A stretch of 63,126 nucleotides of DNA, the filler included, from Rhabdomonas costata (lineage: Eukaryota), in NCBI GenBank assembly GCA_019059605.1. It is 51 parts of 51 records of this genome, joined end to end, with 100 filler letters (N's around TTAATTAATTAA, not from the genome) between each part and the next. Parts side by side here need not be neighbours in the genome. Positions count along the whole stretch, not along the records: positions 1 to 1,140 come from JAHMHO010026609.1; positions 1,241 to 2,379 come from JAHMHO010026610.1; positions 2,480 to 3,619 come from JAHMHO010026611.1; positions 3,720 to 4,859 come from JAHMHO010026612.1; positions 4,960 to 6,096 come from JAHMHO010026613.1; positions 6,197 to 7,338 come from JAHMHO010026614.1; positions 7,439 to 8,579 come from JAHMHO010026615.1; positions 8,680 to 9,819 come from JAHMHO010026616.1; 43 more parts are not named here. One strand, written 5' to 3'. Under the pieces are notes generated by a model. It searched no databases and was not told the origin of the DNA. It saw nothing but the letters and a program-made list of their open reading frames with translations. Positions 1 through 12,934 of this stretch are shown here, piece after piece (the first letter of the stretch is position 1; every line of letters begins with the position of its first letter). The position numbers were made by a program, and so were the translations under genes.

Positions 1-405
1 GTTGTGGTTTTATACGAAAATGGTTTCTGCTGGTGACACATCTGGTTGTCCCGACTGGGACCAGATCTCCGATTCATAGGATGAGGCAGGGTCCTGAGGA
101 TTTGCAACCTACATTGGAAAGTACTTCAGGTCAATGAGCGACGTCACGTGGACAGCAGAAGAGAGAGAGAGAGAGAGCGATCTTGATTGCCTGCGTGCTT
201 GCTTCGCGTTTCTTCATTGTCTTTGGGTTGCCCGATACGCCTTGTCTTTGTTTTGCAATCCACTTTATGGGTAAGGTGGTATCACTCACCCACCACCTTA
301 TTCAGGGTTGGTTGGTCAACCACACCACACCAATCATGCATTTCCAACTTGTCGGAACACTGACAAAGAGTGTGAGAGAGTGTGTGTGGTTTCGGATTTG
401 TTCAG

Positions 406-587
406 ACATGAAGGTGGCGTACCTGAAGAAGCTGTCACCGCCGATCGTCACTTTGTTGGGGCTCCAGCCAGAGATCCAGTATGTAGTTCTACGGAACATC
501 ATGGTGGTGATCCAGCGGTACCCCAGCCTGCTGGCGGGCAACATCAACGCCTTCTTCTGCAAGTACACCGACCCCCCGTACGTCAAG
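406..587 (+). CDS. Internal exon of AP-1/AP-2 adaptor beta subunit (beta-adaptin)
   Basis: ttcag|...aag|gtatac boundaries; [16 protein letters not shown]...[12 protein letters not shown] matches the beta-adaptin PEIQYVALRNI...FFxKYNDPxYVK motif. Confidence 0.9.
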
Positions 588-1140
588 GTATACCTCCCCA
601 TTCTCCGTCACACAGACACACACGTATATATATCAGGTGTTGACTCACTTTGGGCGCTGCCACCACACTGCCAACTAGCATGATTTCCTCTTTTTCCAGG
701 CCAGCATTGCACAAAAGACCCCCGAAATGGCCATTAATGGTTGCTGCAAGCACAACAGTTCCGGCAGACTATCTCACCATGTACTCCTGGCTAAGTAGGA
801 TGTGCTAAGAAGGATCGGCCGTAAGCTGGGTTCAGTGTACCAGCCTGCCATGACCTTAAAAGGGCACCCCAGTCTCTTGAAAATGGTGCCAAGTAAAATA
901 AAGGCCTTTGAAGGAACAAACTAACCTAAGATGCCATAGCTGGGCATATTGGGTTAAGAGATGGAGCCAGAAGCTGGAACATATCTCAGAATACTGCCAT
1001 CCCACCAAGGCATGGGCGCCAACCGTCCGTCTGGCTCCAGGTTCTCCGGCCCAGCCCTGATCCCAAGGGGCTCATGTCGGAATATCACCCAGCGAACTGG
1101 GCGAGGAATTGAGCTGAAGTTATCTGTCCTCCCCCCCCCC

Positions 1141-1240
1141 NNNNNNNNNNNNNNNNNNNNNNNNNNNNNNNNNNNNNNNNNNNNTTAATTAATTAANNNN
1201 NNNNNNNNNNNNNNNNNNNNNNNNNNNNNNNNNNNNNNNN
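1141..1240. other. Artificial contig spacer (N44-TTAATTAATTAA-N44); recurs about every 1.24 kb through the window
   Basis: Identical six-frame stop linker flanked by Ns separates about 51 contigs of near-identical length. Confidence 0.98.
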
Positions 1241-1406
1241 GGTGGGTGCGTGTGTTGGATCAGGACTTTGTGGTGTGCGGTGTTTCCTTCGCTACTGAAC
1301 TTGTACCGTTTGTTGTCGTTGGCGGAGGATTCCCGTTGGCCGTTGGGCTGACATTTTCAATGAGTTGTCCGCTCCTTTGCGCATTCTTTGGCTTTTATTG
1401 GCGCAG

Positions 1407-1513
1407 GTCCGCGCGGGGCAGTGGATCGGGGACTGCTTCCTGTACACCAACCGCAACCAGCGCCTGAACTACTACATCGGAGGAGAGACGTACACTTTGG
1501 CTGTCCTTGACAG
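1407..1513 (+). CDS. COPB2: Internal exon of coatomer beta-prime subunit
   Basis: gcgcag|...cag|gttatc; reads VRAGQWIGDCFLYTNRNQRLNYYIGGETYTLAVLD, matching COPB2/Sec27 WVGDCFIYT...RLNYYVGGE; not in the ORF track. Confidence 0.9.
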
Positions 1514-2849
1514 GTTATCTCATCATCTCTAATTTGGAGAAAAACAGATGGACACCCTCATGGTTACAGTGCGCGGAAAAGTAGGGCGATGGAGGGTGAG
1601 CTTTCTGGGTTTCGGGCAAACACTTTTCAGGCGGGGGCAACGGTTGTGGGGTTGTTTCGAAGCTCTGCTCGTGCACCTTGATGCGTTTTTCGATTGACCT
1701 GGGACTGGCCTGTCAAGGATTGGAATACTCCGCAAGTGTTGCAGCAAGCTGTGATATAAAAAGACATGCCCCTAAAAATAATTTCGAAAATGTCATCCAT
1801 GGACGTTGATATGGATGGCGGAACAAATCCTCCACGATAAAACATTCTCAGCACCCCAGTCGGTGGAAAGTAGTGTTTTTTTTTGCCTTTTTGGATGCTC
1901 ACCCTCCACGTGCTGCAAGGCACCTGAGAAGATGCTCGCATCCCTCCTTTTTATTTCGCGAATCATGTGCTTGGCATGGCAGTGCCAAAACGCGAACACT
2001 TTTTCACTTTAAACATTTTGAGCATTTTTTTGCGGTAATGCCGTCCAATTCGAATGCGGGCGGTGTTTTTGAACTTTTATGCGGATTTGGGAATTCTTTG
2101 TTTTTGGACAAACTATCACCTGTAGCACTATGGTATCAAGACAGCAACTCACAGAATGGAGGGGTTCTTTTTGATCTGCTTGTAATGATCTGTCTTGCCC
2201 ATTCCCCCTTTGTGTTTGCCAGTATGCGTCTCATTATATTTTTTAGTTCATGAAATAAAAAGTCCAAAGCAATATCCTGACAAGGGTCCGATTTATTTCG
2301 ATGTTTCCCACACCCTCCAAGAAGTGCGTGTGCCACTTTTTGTGGTCGTCTCACCACCCCACCACACACACCCACCACANNNNNNNNNNNNNNNNNNNNN
2401 NNNNNNNNNNNNNNNNNNNNNNNTTAATTAATTAANNNNNNNNNNNNNNNNNNNNNNNNNNNNNNNNNNNNNNNNNNNNTTGTTCAGGTTGTGGCCTGCG
2501 TTTACCCTGTCTTGGCCATCTTCAGTGGTGAAGATGGGGTATGCCTCGTTGTCCTCGCGCTGTGTGTCTTGGCGACCTAATAGAAGTTCTTTTGTGTGCT
2601 TCCTTTGAGAGACGTACATGCTACGTACAATAGTGCCAATAGTGTGCCCTGAATGTCAGGTTTCCACAAGCAGCACTCATTTTGCTTTCTGGCTTTACGA
2701 GAGCACCTTTCGGGTATTGAGAACATTGCCCACGTTATTCCTCCCAGGAAACTACACCTAATATCTGCTTCTCTGTCTTCTTTGTTTCTGCTTTCAACTC
2801 GCCTTATCCGAAGTAGAAGTGGGATGTGGAATGGGACAGGATGCCAAGC

Positions 2850-3400
2850 GGGCGGCTGACGTGGCGCTTCAGCAACCGTGCATCCCCCTGAGGGATTTCA
2901 GTCTGGACTCTAACCCCAGGCCCCTGCAGGCCATGCTCCGCGAGGTTGGGAACCAACACTTCTCGTTGGGCCGCCAAAGGCCTGCCCACTACCGCGAAGC
3001 AGTGATGTGGTACACTTTGGTATGCCCGCATATGTAGCGCTGGTTCATTTCGGACGTTGCTAATCAGTGTTCCTGATGCCCATGTCTCCATGTTTAACGA
3101 AAGCTGGTGCTACCTGGTACAGGGATTCGCGTACTCCTTGCCGAACTGATGCTTCTCCAGTTGACGGTTTTTTGGTGACTGAAGCGGAACTATACCTTGC
3201 CATTGGCGGGGGCATGGTTACCTTCCTTGCTGTTCCTTGTTGTCCAAAATAGGGACTCTGCGGGAATCTGGCAGATGCCAGGGTCCCGCTCGAAAAGAGC
3301 CTCCAGTGCTTTTTTGGGGGTTCGGTACAGCTCTGAGTAGGTGAGCCCTATTTTGTAAAAGGTTACTTTGCACAAGCTGATTTTTTCGGCTTTCAGTTCG
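2850..3400 (-). mobile_element. Possible highly degenerate non-LTR retrotransposon fragment (R2/NeSL-like pre-RT region)
   Basis: LYRTPKKALEALFERDPGICQIP resembles the region upstream of RT in RLE-type elements; SLRGMHGC lies downstream; frames are broken. Confidence 0.25.
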
Positions 3401-5647
3401 GAGTTGGAGTCCCAGTAAAAGTCTTCTGTATTTGGTTAGAATGTTTTTTTTGATTGAGATGGTTTTAAAAACTGACCTCCCACTTCTTTCTGTTCTTCTT
3501 TGTAATATTGCCTCATGCGTTTCCTTTCCCTTCTAGGCGCTGCTCTTGAGCCCCACCCCCGCTGAGCTGTACTCCAACCGCTGCGCGGCATTCCTGGCGC
3601 TAGAGCTGCCCAAACCACANNNNNNNNNNNNNNNNNNNNNNNNNNNNNNNNNNNNNNNNNNNNTTAATTAATTAANNNNNNNNNNNNNNNNNNNNNNNNN
3701 NNNNNNNNNNNNNNNNNNNAAAGGGGAGGGAGGCAGCGCGGCTGTGGCAAACAAGTAAGTGCAGAAATGTGGGATACTACTTGACGTTAATGCTCCGTTG
3801 TTTGCCGTGTTTGGGATATCGCAATCGAAACCTGCAATGCACCGTTGTGGTTCAGACCTCTCTCACTATTTGCCCTTTTCCCCTTATTAACTGTTCATGC
3901 AGGCTGCATGACAGCATATCAGAAAGTATTGTGCCAAAATCTACTCTACATAGTGTGGTGGATGCGATGAAAGTCGCATGGACTACGCCACTCTCCAATT
4001 GGTAGAAGAGGTGACGTCGGATAACAACAACAGCATGCTTCCGTCACAGTTACAAGTGCTCAGCCGGCTGAAACATGAGGAGTGGAATTTACCGGGCAGG
4101 ATTGGACACCGCGAAACCTCCATAGGCCAGGAGGTCCCGGTAATCCAAATGAAAAAATCACGCAACGTTGCAACGCGCACTGACCCCTTCTTACCACCGA
4201 AAACTAATCGAAGCACTGGCAATCCGGTAGTAACCATCGCACACGCATGCACCGGCACAGCACATTCACATGAGTATATGCCACAAAAGCCACCACGTTC
4301 CCGGGTACACAGCATTAGACCCAAATCCGCAAAAAGTACTCCTTCTGCAAGCGGTACACTCCTTGCAGCCACTGCTCCTCCATGGTCAGCTTTTGCACCA
4401 GGCACTCCCTGTAAAAACACCACCATGTGATTGTTGAGCAAGGGTTAAATAGCTCAATTGAATCAGAAAAAAACTACGACACATGAAACTGGCGTCACCG
4501 GTATCAACCAAAACTCAATCAAAACCAATTTATGAGGCGCTTCTGGTAGAAGCGGGTACAACCAAGGCATTCGTCTTGACTCGGGTTTGGAAACCATGCA
4601 AGGTCCTCCTTGGTAAAAACGCGCAAAAACGGGGAGATGGGAAGGGGATGATGCCTGAGCAACTCCATCCGGTGGGACTGCCGCACATAGATGTTGTGCG
4701 GAACTAGCCTGCGGTACGAACGCTGCAGCGTCACTACGGCACGTTCCCGAAACGCTGGGTCGTGGCGACACCCTGGGTGCACCCGCACGCCAAACTGAGA
4801 AATGGAACCCTTCGCAAGACACAGATGCAAATTAAAAAAACAGTGAACTACAAAAGTTTNNNNNNNNNNNNNNNNNNNNNNNNNNNNNNNNNNNNNNNNN
4901 NNNTTAATTAATTAANNNNNNNNNNNNNNNNNNNNNNNNNNNNNNNNNNNNNNNNNNNNGTGGTGTGTGGTGCTAGAGTAGCCGTCTTGCGGCTGTGCCC
5001 GCAGCCGTCGGGGCTGCTCCTTGCCGAGCTGCTGGAGGTGGACTGGGACCTTGAGGCAGGGGCGGGCGGTGTGCTTCTCCCTTCTATTCTCTTTTTCTCA
5101 CTTGCGACCATGGGGGGGGATGCGCGTAAAACTTCATAATGACGCTATACGATTGCGTGGTGCACCGCACCGCAAAAACAAAGGAGTGAGGGCTCGTCTC
5201 GCTTAGTGCTTTCCCCTTTCGTCTTCTTCCCCTTTGTATCCAATTTGCAACTCACCGGGAGTGCGCAGGTCACCTCCGGTGTCTCCCGACCCCACGACTA
5301 CAAAGTTCCGTTCACGTTTTCTTTTGAGCAGCTTTGGTTGTGCAAGGGACGGGAACGTGTGAGTTTGTTGCCAATCGTTTGGGCGGAGGCCTTTTGCTGC
5401 TCACGCAACAGTGCAGGTTTGCGCAAACTCTCTGCAGACAAAAGGCTGCAGGGCTGTGTAGCGGTGAGCCCTCTGATGACTTTGTTAGTCTCACGCACTC
5501 TCTAATCCCGGCAGGATTGACACCCTATATCAAACCTCCTCCAGCGTTTTTGGGTGACACTGGCAGTGGTACGTTACCGCTGCTCCATGGCACCTCTGCT
5601 TCTGTAGCAGCGCAGGTTTGGTCTCGGATCGGCTTTGATGCCTGCAG

Positions 5648-5814
5648 GCGATGACCTGGGCTGGGTTGAGTGCGTGCTGCGTGGGGTCACCGACGCGGTT
5701 TTGGCTTGGGACCACCAACTTCTGGTACGCGGTGCCAGCGCGGAGGCCGCCAGGCTGTTCGGCTACAGCACCCCAGAAGTCATGCTGCACCACCACTTGG
5801 ATGACTTCCTCCAG
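5648..5814 (+). CDS. Exon encoding the N-terminal half of a PAS domain (sensor protein)
   Basis: ctgcag|...ccag|gtcgaa; VTDAVLAWD...AAARLFGYS-like PAS pattern (SAEAARLFGYSTPEV). Confidence 0.7.
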
Positions 5815-6196
5815 GTCGAAATTATGAAGAGCCAAAGCCAGTGTCCGTTCACAAAAGATGCAATTCGTGACGTAATCCTTCTTGACATTTTCAAATTGTG
5901 TTGGATGCATTCAGCATAGTCAGCGTACGTGGTACATGGTGTTTTCATTAGCGGCACCGAAGAGAACCGTATCAGTGAGCGAGAGTGTGTGTCTGAGTGT
6001 GCACGTAAGTAGTTGCTTGGTATTTGGCACTGTGTCAGGTTGTCAGAACCTGTTGGGATTGATTGATACCCTTACAATCTCAACAGGTTCACACAANNNN
6101 NNNNNNNNNNNNNNNNNNNNNNNNNNNNNNNNNNNNNNNNTTAATTAATTAANNNNNNNNNNNNNNNNNNNNNNNNNNNNNNNNNNNNNNNNNNNN

Positions 6197-7159
6197 GTTG
6201 GTTGGGGACCAGAGTTTTGAGAAACCGGTGGTACAGCGGGGGGTACTTTGGAGGTCGGGGCGAGCACCCCGAGGAGCGCTCTCTGAGCAGCTCTCCAGAG
6301 TCCTCTCCGTCCCCTCCGCCGCCGTCCTCCGCTGCGCCTTGGGGGACGTATTCCTGCAGCACCACGGTCAAGGCGGCGTGCAGGGTGACCAGGGCGTAGC
6401 CCCGTGCCCCACTGACCTGGCTGGCGGGGATGAAGTCTGGAAAAAGGTGTCAAGACCCCAAATACCCAAAACCCCCAAGACCCAAAGATCCCCCACAAGA
6501 ACCAAAGACCCTCAAAGATCCAAAGACCCCAAAGATCCAAAGACCCCCAGGACCCAGGATCCAAAAACCCAAAGACCCCAGAGAACCAAGGACCCAAGGA
6601 CCCTAAAACCCACGACCAAGGAGCAGGGCAAGTCTTCAAAGCCGAAAACCAGTGGAAGCCCTAACAACGGCGAGAAACTGAACGTGCTTGAGTAGCAGCA
6701 GCAGCAGCAGCACAAAGTAGAAAGCACGGCGTAGGGGTGGCGCCGGGTAGACAAGAGCAAGCAATGAGCAATGACTACGACGGAAATACGCAGAAAGCAC
6801 ACAAGGCAAACCCAAGGGACCCGGGGTCCACTAGGTTCACATCCACGGTTGCGTTACGTTTCCAGAGATGGGACAATTCTGTACAGGGGCAGACACAGGC
6901 TGCGGATTGATGCTTTGACGGATTGACACCGCCCAAGAAAAGAACAGCAAAATAAAAAATCTTCGTCAACGAGACAAAACAATGAACCATTCCGATTCCC
7001 AGAGAAAATCAAGAAAAAGAAAGGCAGAGATGGACGAAGGAATAGAAATGAAGGCAACCACATACCGGTCAGGAAGGCCACCTCAGACCACAGGTACGGG
7101 GTGCGGCTCAGTAGCACCACGTGCACGAAGATAGGCAGAAGATCGTCTGCGCCGCACTC
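6197..7159 (-). CDS. VPS9-domain Rab5 GEF; two exons (7159-7066 and 6436-<6197), GT-AG intron 7065-6437
   Basis: Splicing gives ECGADDLLPIFVHVV...AFLT-D-FIPASQVSGARGYALVTLHAAL in frame, containing both VPS9 hallmark motifs (GADDLLP, GYxLxTL). Confidence 0.85.
6450..6615. repeat. Degenerate ~9-nt tandem repeat (CAAAGACCC-like) inside the VPS9 intron
   Basis: Many imperfect caaagaccc/caagaccc/caggaccc units. Confidence 0.8.
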
Positions 7160-7214
7160 CTGTCCAAAACACCCAACGCCCCCACCCCAGCAACTTCCTT
7201 CGCCCCCCTCCCTT

Positions 7215-7217
<3 letters not shown>

Positions 7218-7254
<37 letters not shown>

Positions 7255-7270
7255 GCACGCACGCACGCAC
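7218..7270. repeat. (CA)n/(CACG)n microsatellite
   Basis: Direct inspection. Confidence 0.9.
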
Positions 7271-10244
7271 CGCGGCGCGGCATGAATAAGAAGCCATAAA
7301 ACCTTCAGCACATACAATGAAAAAGAGAGGGGGGGGGGNNNNNNNNNNNNNNNNNNNNNNNNNNNNNNNNNNNNNNNNNNNNTTAATTAATTAANNNNNN
7401 NNNNNNNNNNNNNNNNNNNNNNNNNNNNNNNNNNNNNNTTTGTTTGGGGTGGTCGAATCTCAGCCTCCGTTGGGCCCCCAACCCACAGCTTGGCGTGGAA
7501 GCAGGTGAAAGAGACGGAGTGACGCTGGGGGTTGACCCCGGGTGAGACAGAGAGCCCGGCCAAGGGAGGGAAGGGGAATGCGTGCACACGACCCGACTGC
7601 GGCGATTCAGGTGGTGTGTTTTCGGAGTTTTTCAGCGGAAATAGGATGCATCCACAGCGTTTTCCAGAGGAGGCCGAGATTTCAGAAGATTTTCACAGAC
7701 AAGGCCTCAGCGGATGCAGGCGGAGAAGACGGAAAGTGTGGTGTGTTACACAGCGGTAGTTTGAAAGGTGATGGTACCTTCTTTTGTCTAGGATTTCACA
7801 TTTTACGTTAGGTGTTGAAGAAATCCAAAACGTCGTCAGGTCGTTTCTTTTCCAGAGTGTTTTTCTCGTTACTTTCGCATTTTGTTGTTTCAGTGGTGCC
7901 CTAAAAGAACCACAGCAGAGCCGCAGGCCAGAGCCGAGCGGAAACCAGGAGGGCCCTGCAGAGTGTACAGACGGTGGCAGAATTGTCGAGAATGTGGGTG
8001 GGTGGGAACGCCGCCGAGTTACACAGAACATGGTGTGTCTGAAGTCGTGTGCCCCTTCCATATCCTTCCCTTTGGGTGCAGATGGTGGAAAGGCATAAGC
8101 AGCGAGACCCGCCCAGCGGAACCCCTCCAAAAACCCAGAAGGTGTGAGCCTTAAGGCCCGACAATTCGACCCCACCTATCTCCAGAGAACCCCCCAGAGC
8201 CACACGTGCATCTCACTCCCCCAATTTGCAGAAGCTGTGCCCCAAGGTTTCCAATTCCAAACCGAATTGGTGAAGGCAAGTGGTCTGCGCCCACCCCTAT
8301 TTCAGAAAGGCGATGCTCGAGAAATGCAGCTCCACAGCGACCCCCGGGAAGGGAAGAAGGGAAGCCACGGTCTAGCTGAGAGTCACATAGGTAAGTCGAA
8401 GCAGCGCCCGCCTTGTGCAAGCAAGGTCTGGATACGGGCCAACGCTTGCAGGATCCAGCGGCATCACCACCTCCAGCGGTAGGAGCCACGTAAGTTTAAC
8501 CGCAATATCGTTGGAGTGTTACATTCTGCGTATCGCTCCACAAAGATATGCGCCATGTTGCTGTTGTATTCCAACAAACNNNNNNNNNNNNNNNNNNNNN
8601 NNNNNNNNNNNNNNNNNNNNNNNTTAATTAATTAANNNNNNNNNNNNNNNNNNNNNNNNNNNNNNNNNNNNNNNNNNNNCACCACACAACCTGATGTCGT
8701 TAAATGCTTTCATCATCGAAGCTCTGAAGGTGACTCACTCAAAAGGCTCTGCTCTTTTACAACATGAAACGAAAGTGGTACTGCTGAATAAATCTTCCTC
8801 GCTCTGGGGTAGGGTCGAAAACAAATCCTCTGCTACCACCATACACGAACCGGCACTCGAGTGGAACTCCCGCGTTTCTCGTCACCTCTTCCAATGGTGG
8901 AACACCGGGTGTCTGACAGCGGGAGCTGCGCAACATGACTTGGGTCTCCAAGTTTTATATCTCGATTTGTCTCAATTAGCTTAGCGGGGCCTTCCTCGTG
9001 GATTCATTTGGGCCTCTTGGAAGGACTACATCAGGACGGACCTCAGACGGCCTACATTGCCACTTCCGGTCTGTGTTACCACATGCCTAGAACATTGGGG
9101 TTTTTTGCCTCGTTTTTATGCCTTCTTCTTCGCACATTGGGTACGAAATGCGGTGGCATGGCGAACTCTGTGCTTTTAGCTGTGCGCTGCTGTCGGCGCT
9201 GCCTGGCGGCTTCCCGTCCCAGACCGCGTTCCCACGGCACTCTCCACCTTCCCGTTGCTCTGCGCCGGTGGGTTTAACCTGTGTCAGGGCCCCTGGAAAA
9301 CCCATTCGGCCTTCAAACCTTCAAACCGCGAAACATAATCCCCTTTAGTACATTTACGCCCCCGCCTCCCCCCCTAGCTGCGTCCTCGCTCTTGTCCGTC
9401 TCCTCCTGTTGGCCTCTCTCTTTCTCCTTGCCGCGTCCGCGTCCAACTCGCGTCCGTGTTCAACTCAACGCATAAGCAAAGCCACATGTATACCAGCCAC
9501 TCCATCCCATTATGTCTCTTTCCCCCGTCCGTTTCCTAAGGCTGGGTTTGTTGTATATCGGCTGCTTTTCCGCTGGAAAATTTGGCTAAGGTCCCATTTT
9601 TTTAAGGGATGTTGGTTGGAAGCGGCGCGGCCAACCACACCAAAGGCATCACGAAGGCGAAGGCGTGGATGATTGGAAAGCAGGTCGAAGGCGGCAACGG
9701 GAGAAGGACATCCAGCGGGCGGGGCTGGGGGGAGATTCGGATTTATGAATTTACCGGAACCAAGTGTGTCAACAATCTCTTTGCGCGGAAATGCGTTCAG
9801 AAAAATCAGAAAACAAAACNNNNNNNNNNNNNNNNNNNNNNNNNNNNNNNNNNNNNNNNNNNNTTAATTAATTAANNNNNNNNNNNNNNNNNNNNNNNNN
9901 NNNNNNNNNNNNNNNNNNNCAACTTCAAATGTCCGGTTGACCGATACGCAGAGAGAGTCTGCTTGGGTGGGTTGGTGTTTTTCACAGACGGGGCGACTCC
10001 CTCTGCGGGCGGTCCGCCCTCCAGCTTGGAAGAGATTCGTATGCCTCGCATGTTCACATTCATTGCTGTTCCCGGCTTTTTTTTTTGCTTCTTCACCTTC
10101 CTGTCTGTGAGGCCCTCAATGTTCACGTATTGTTCTGTCCTTCGGATCTTGGTTGTGTTACTCAAATTTGGCATTCACCTTCAACTCCCGCTATTACGCG
10201 TCTTTCCTCCTCAGAACCTGCCGCACCTGCCGTTCTTATTTTAG

Positions 10245-10787
10245 TGGCTGCCCCGGAGATGCAGGAGTACAAGACCTCGCTGCTCAGGGACCTGCAGAGC
10301 AAGTACCGAGAGAGATTGCGAGAGAAGATTCAGCTCTGCAACTACAGAGAGGGGGGCTCTTGGGCCAGAGAAGTTGTTGGGTGAGGCGCTCGCGGGGAGT
10401 TGATCGAAATTATGGTGAGTCGGTGGTGGTGGAGTAACTTGGTCAGTCCAAGTTGCTTGGTCACCGCTTCCCGTTTCCAAAACCCCTCTCAACTTTTTTT
10501 GCCGCTGTTGCTTAGTATGATGGACGTTGGTGTGGCTACCACTCACCTCCTATTGTGGATTTTGTGGTGCGTTGCAGATTTTGTGAACTCAGCCGTTTCG
10601 TTGGTCAGTGTTAGTTATATTTGTGTTTTGGCTCAACGAATGTGTTTCGACTCACTTGTCCTTTACTCACTCGGCATGCCCCGACAGGTGCGAGCGAGTA
10701 ATCGACCTGGAGCTTGGTCTGGACGAGGCCCGGGAGCAGTACAAGCAGCTCCTGCACCTGAGCAGCAACAAGTTTCTCAAGCGCAAG
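10245..10787 (+). CDS. Kinesin-1 (conventional kinesin heavy chain) tail coiled coil; exons ~10245-10302 and 10688-10787
   Basis: GT-AG intron 10303-10687 joins KTSLLRDLQS-K-CERVIDLELGLDEAREQY, matching the KHC tail SLMRDLQNRCERVVELEISLDETREQY. Confidence 0.8.
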
Positions 10788-11209
10788 GTGGAAATACCCC
10801 ACAACCCACCGCCCTTCCTGATTACCGAGCATTGGTGGGTTGTGCAATGATTAGAAGTGCGAAAGCGTTTTTTTCGCTTAGGCGACTTCGAATTTTTCGA
10901 AGCAGCGACTCCATCGATCGTTGTGAGCCTCGCAGACAAACCTTTGGCAGCCACACTTCGAGGACTTCTTATGTTTTTCTTTCTTTTTTTTGAGGGGTTT
11001 TGGAAACGGGAAGCGGTGACCAAGCAACTTGGACTGACCAAGTTACTCAACCCCCACCCNNNNNNNNNNNNNNNNNNNNNNNNNNNNNNNNNNNNNNNNN
11101 NNNTTAATTAATTAANNNNNNNNNNNNNNNNNNNNNNNNNNNNNNNNNNNNNNNNNNNNACTTGAGCATTGACTCCCCACGTTGTGTCGTAAACGCGCCT
11201 TCTTGCCAG

Positions 11210-11401
11210 GCCGGAATGAACGCCTTCCTGAGCAAGCCTGTGCCCCGGGGCCTTCTGCAGCAGGTGGTGACGCGGTGGCTGCTGTATCGGGACCAGTCAC
11301 TGCCCACCCCCGGGGAGTTCGTGCTGTCCCCGAGCATGATGATGATGGCGACTGCGACTGCGACCGCGGAGGACGCTGCTTTACATGTCCCACACCCATA
11401 A
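11210..11401 (+). CDS. Last exon with the C-terminus of a response-regulator receiver domain (hybrid histidine-kinase type)
   Basis: ttgccag|AGMNAFLSKPVPRGLLQQVVTRW...stop; AGMxxFLSKPV is the receiver-domain end motif. Confidence 0.75.
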   Translation, partial: AGMNAFLSKPVPRGLLQQVVTRWLLYRDQSLPTPGEFVLSPSMMMMATATATAEDAALHVPHP

Positions 11402-12736
11402 GCGTTCTGGTAAGGTCACTGACATTCGTGTGCCTTGCTTTTTTTTTGGTTTGGACAACTGACTCAGTGAAGTGGATTAAGCTTAGACGATATTGACTCC
11501 ACCTTGTTCGTCTGCCCTGTAATCTGAAACCCAGCTCTGCCTACATTTGTGTGATCTTTGATGGCAAGACGGTCTTCCCTGTGAACTTTCTGCTTTTCCC
11601 ATATTATTAGCCCGGGCACGCTCGCACACTCACCCACCCACGCGTTCACTCTAACAAACCTACGTAAACCCACAAAAAACACACGCCCACAAATATTCGG
11701 CGTCGTAGTGGGGGGTTGTTCCTAGTTGGCGATTTGCTCTGTTACGTGCGGTCATCTGCGGTGCGTGCGGGGCTGTCCCTAGGGGGCGTTTGTGGGAGAT
11801 TTGCGTTGCTCTGCTCCCTTCGCCCGTGGTTGTTGACCTTCCTCCATACAAACGTCGAGGGTGTCGTGTGGGCTACATGAATATTTTTTCTGTACTGTTT
11901 CTGCTCTTTTCCTTGTGGTTGCATACACAAACACACACTCTGTCAGCGTCAGGCGTCAGGTTGGCTGCTCATGGGAACCCATTCGCTTGTAGGAGTTGTG
12001 CACGCCACAACCAAAGCCCGTGTGCGAGCTTTGGTTGGAGACCCCACCTTCCTCTGCTCTGGAGACCTCAGTGCAGCCATCTTGCGCGAGACCTATCCTT
12101 CATATCTTGCCATGCTTTTTGTGGCACCTCTGCATGCAGCAGCTGGTTGCCACCATATATTCGGCCTACTTCCCTGTTTCCTGTGCATCCTTCAGTTTCT
12201 GGGATGAGCCCTGCACCTGCCCTTTTGCGTGGCCGCTTGCTCCCGTGCGTCGGGTGTGAGTGGATCGGGTAGAGGCGAGGGTTGCTGAGAGAGAAATGTN
12301 NNNNNNNNNNNNNNNNNNNNNNNNNNNNNNNNNNNNNNNNNNNTTAATTAATTAANNNNNNNNNNNNNNNNNNNNNNNNNNNNNNNNNNNNNNNNNNNNG
12401 TTGGGGGTGCATTTTGGGAGAGAAATGAAAAATGTAATCGAGTGAAAACCAAACCACAGAAATACAAGTACTAGGTAACTAGAGAAGATGCCACCGCTCA
12501 AGGCTTCATCGTCTCTAGTTACCTAGTACTTGTATTTCTGTGGTTTGGTTTTCACTCGATTACATTTTTCATTTCTCTCCCAAAATGCACCGTCGCCATG
12601 GACACCAGGAAAGATTTCTCCGGCGTTTTTCAGAAGTAGCAGTGAGGCAAGGGTGTGCGCCGACAAAAAGACCTACAACTCCCTCTGTGCTAGCTGTGAG
12701 TGAGAATTTGGATGGGTGGGTGTGGGTTGTCTGCAG

Positions 12737-12934
12737 GTGGGCCGCGCTGCTGCCGCTGGTGACGACGCGGTCGTTGCTGGTCCCTCCCACGGTGAAATTC
12801 TCGGACCGCCCCGCTGAGCTGGTGGCGCACAGTACGATGATCTCCTCGATCTGCGTTGACCGCAGCAACCCTAGCCTGCTGGCCCTCGCCACTCGGGCCG
12901 CCATTCGAGAGATCAACGTTCTGCAGACCATAAA
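12737..12934 (+). CDS. Internal exon, possibly DmX-like/Rabconnectin-3 (Rav1) WD40 protein
   Basis: ctgcag|...taaa|gtgttt; ISSICVDRSNPSLLALATRAAIREINV resembles DMXL IxAFxVNKANxNxIxxASxHDVQELDV. Confidence 0.4.

Noticed and set aside
10432-11048. Inverted repeats as MITE TIRs or euglenid non-conventional intron stems
   Set aside because: One arm always touches a contig end, no TSD is visible, and the enclosed exons use ordinary GT-AG sites. No non-conventional intron could be supported in the window.
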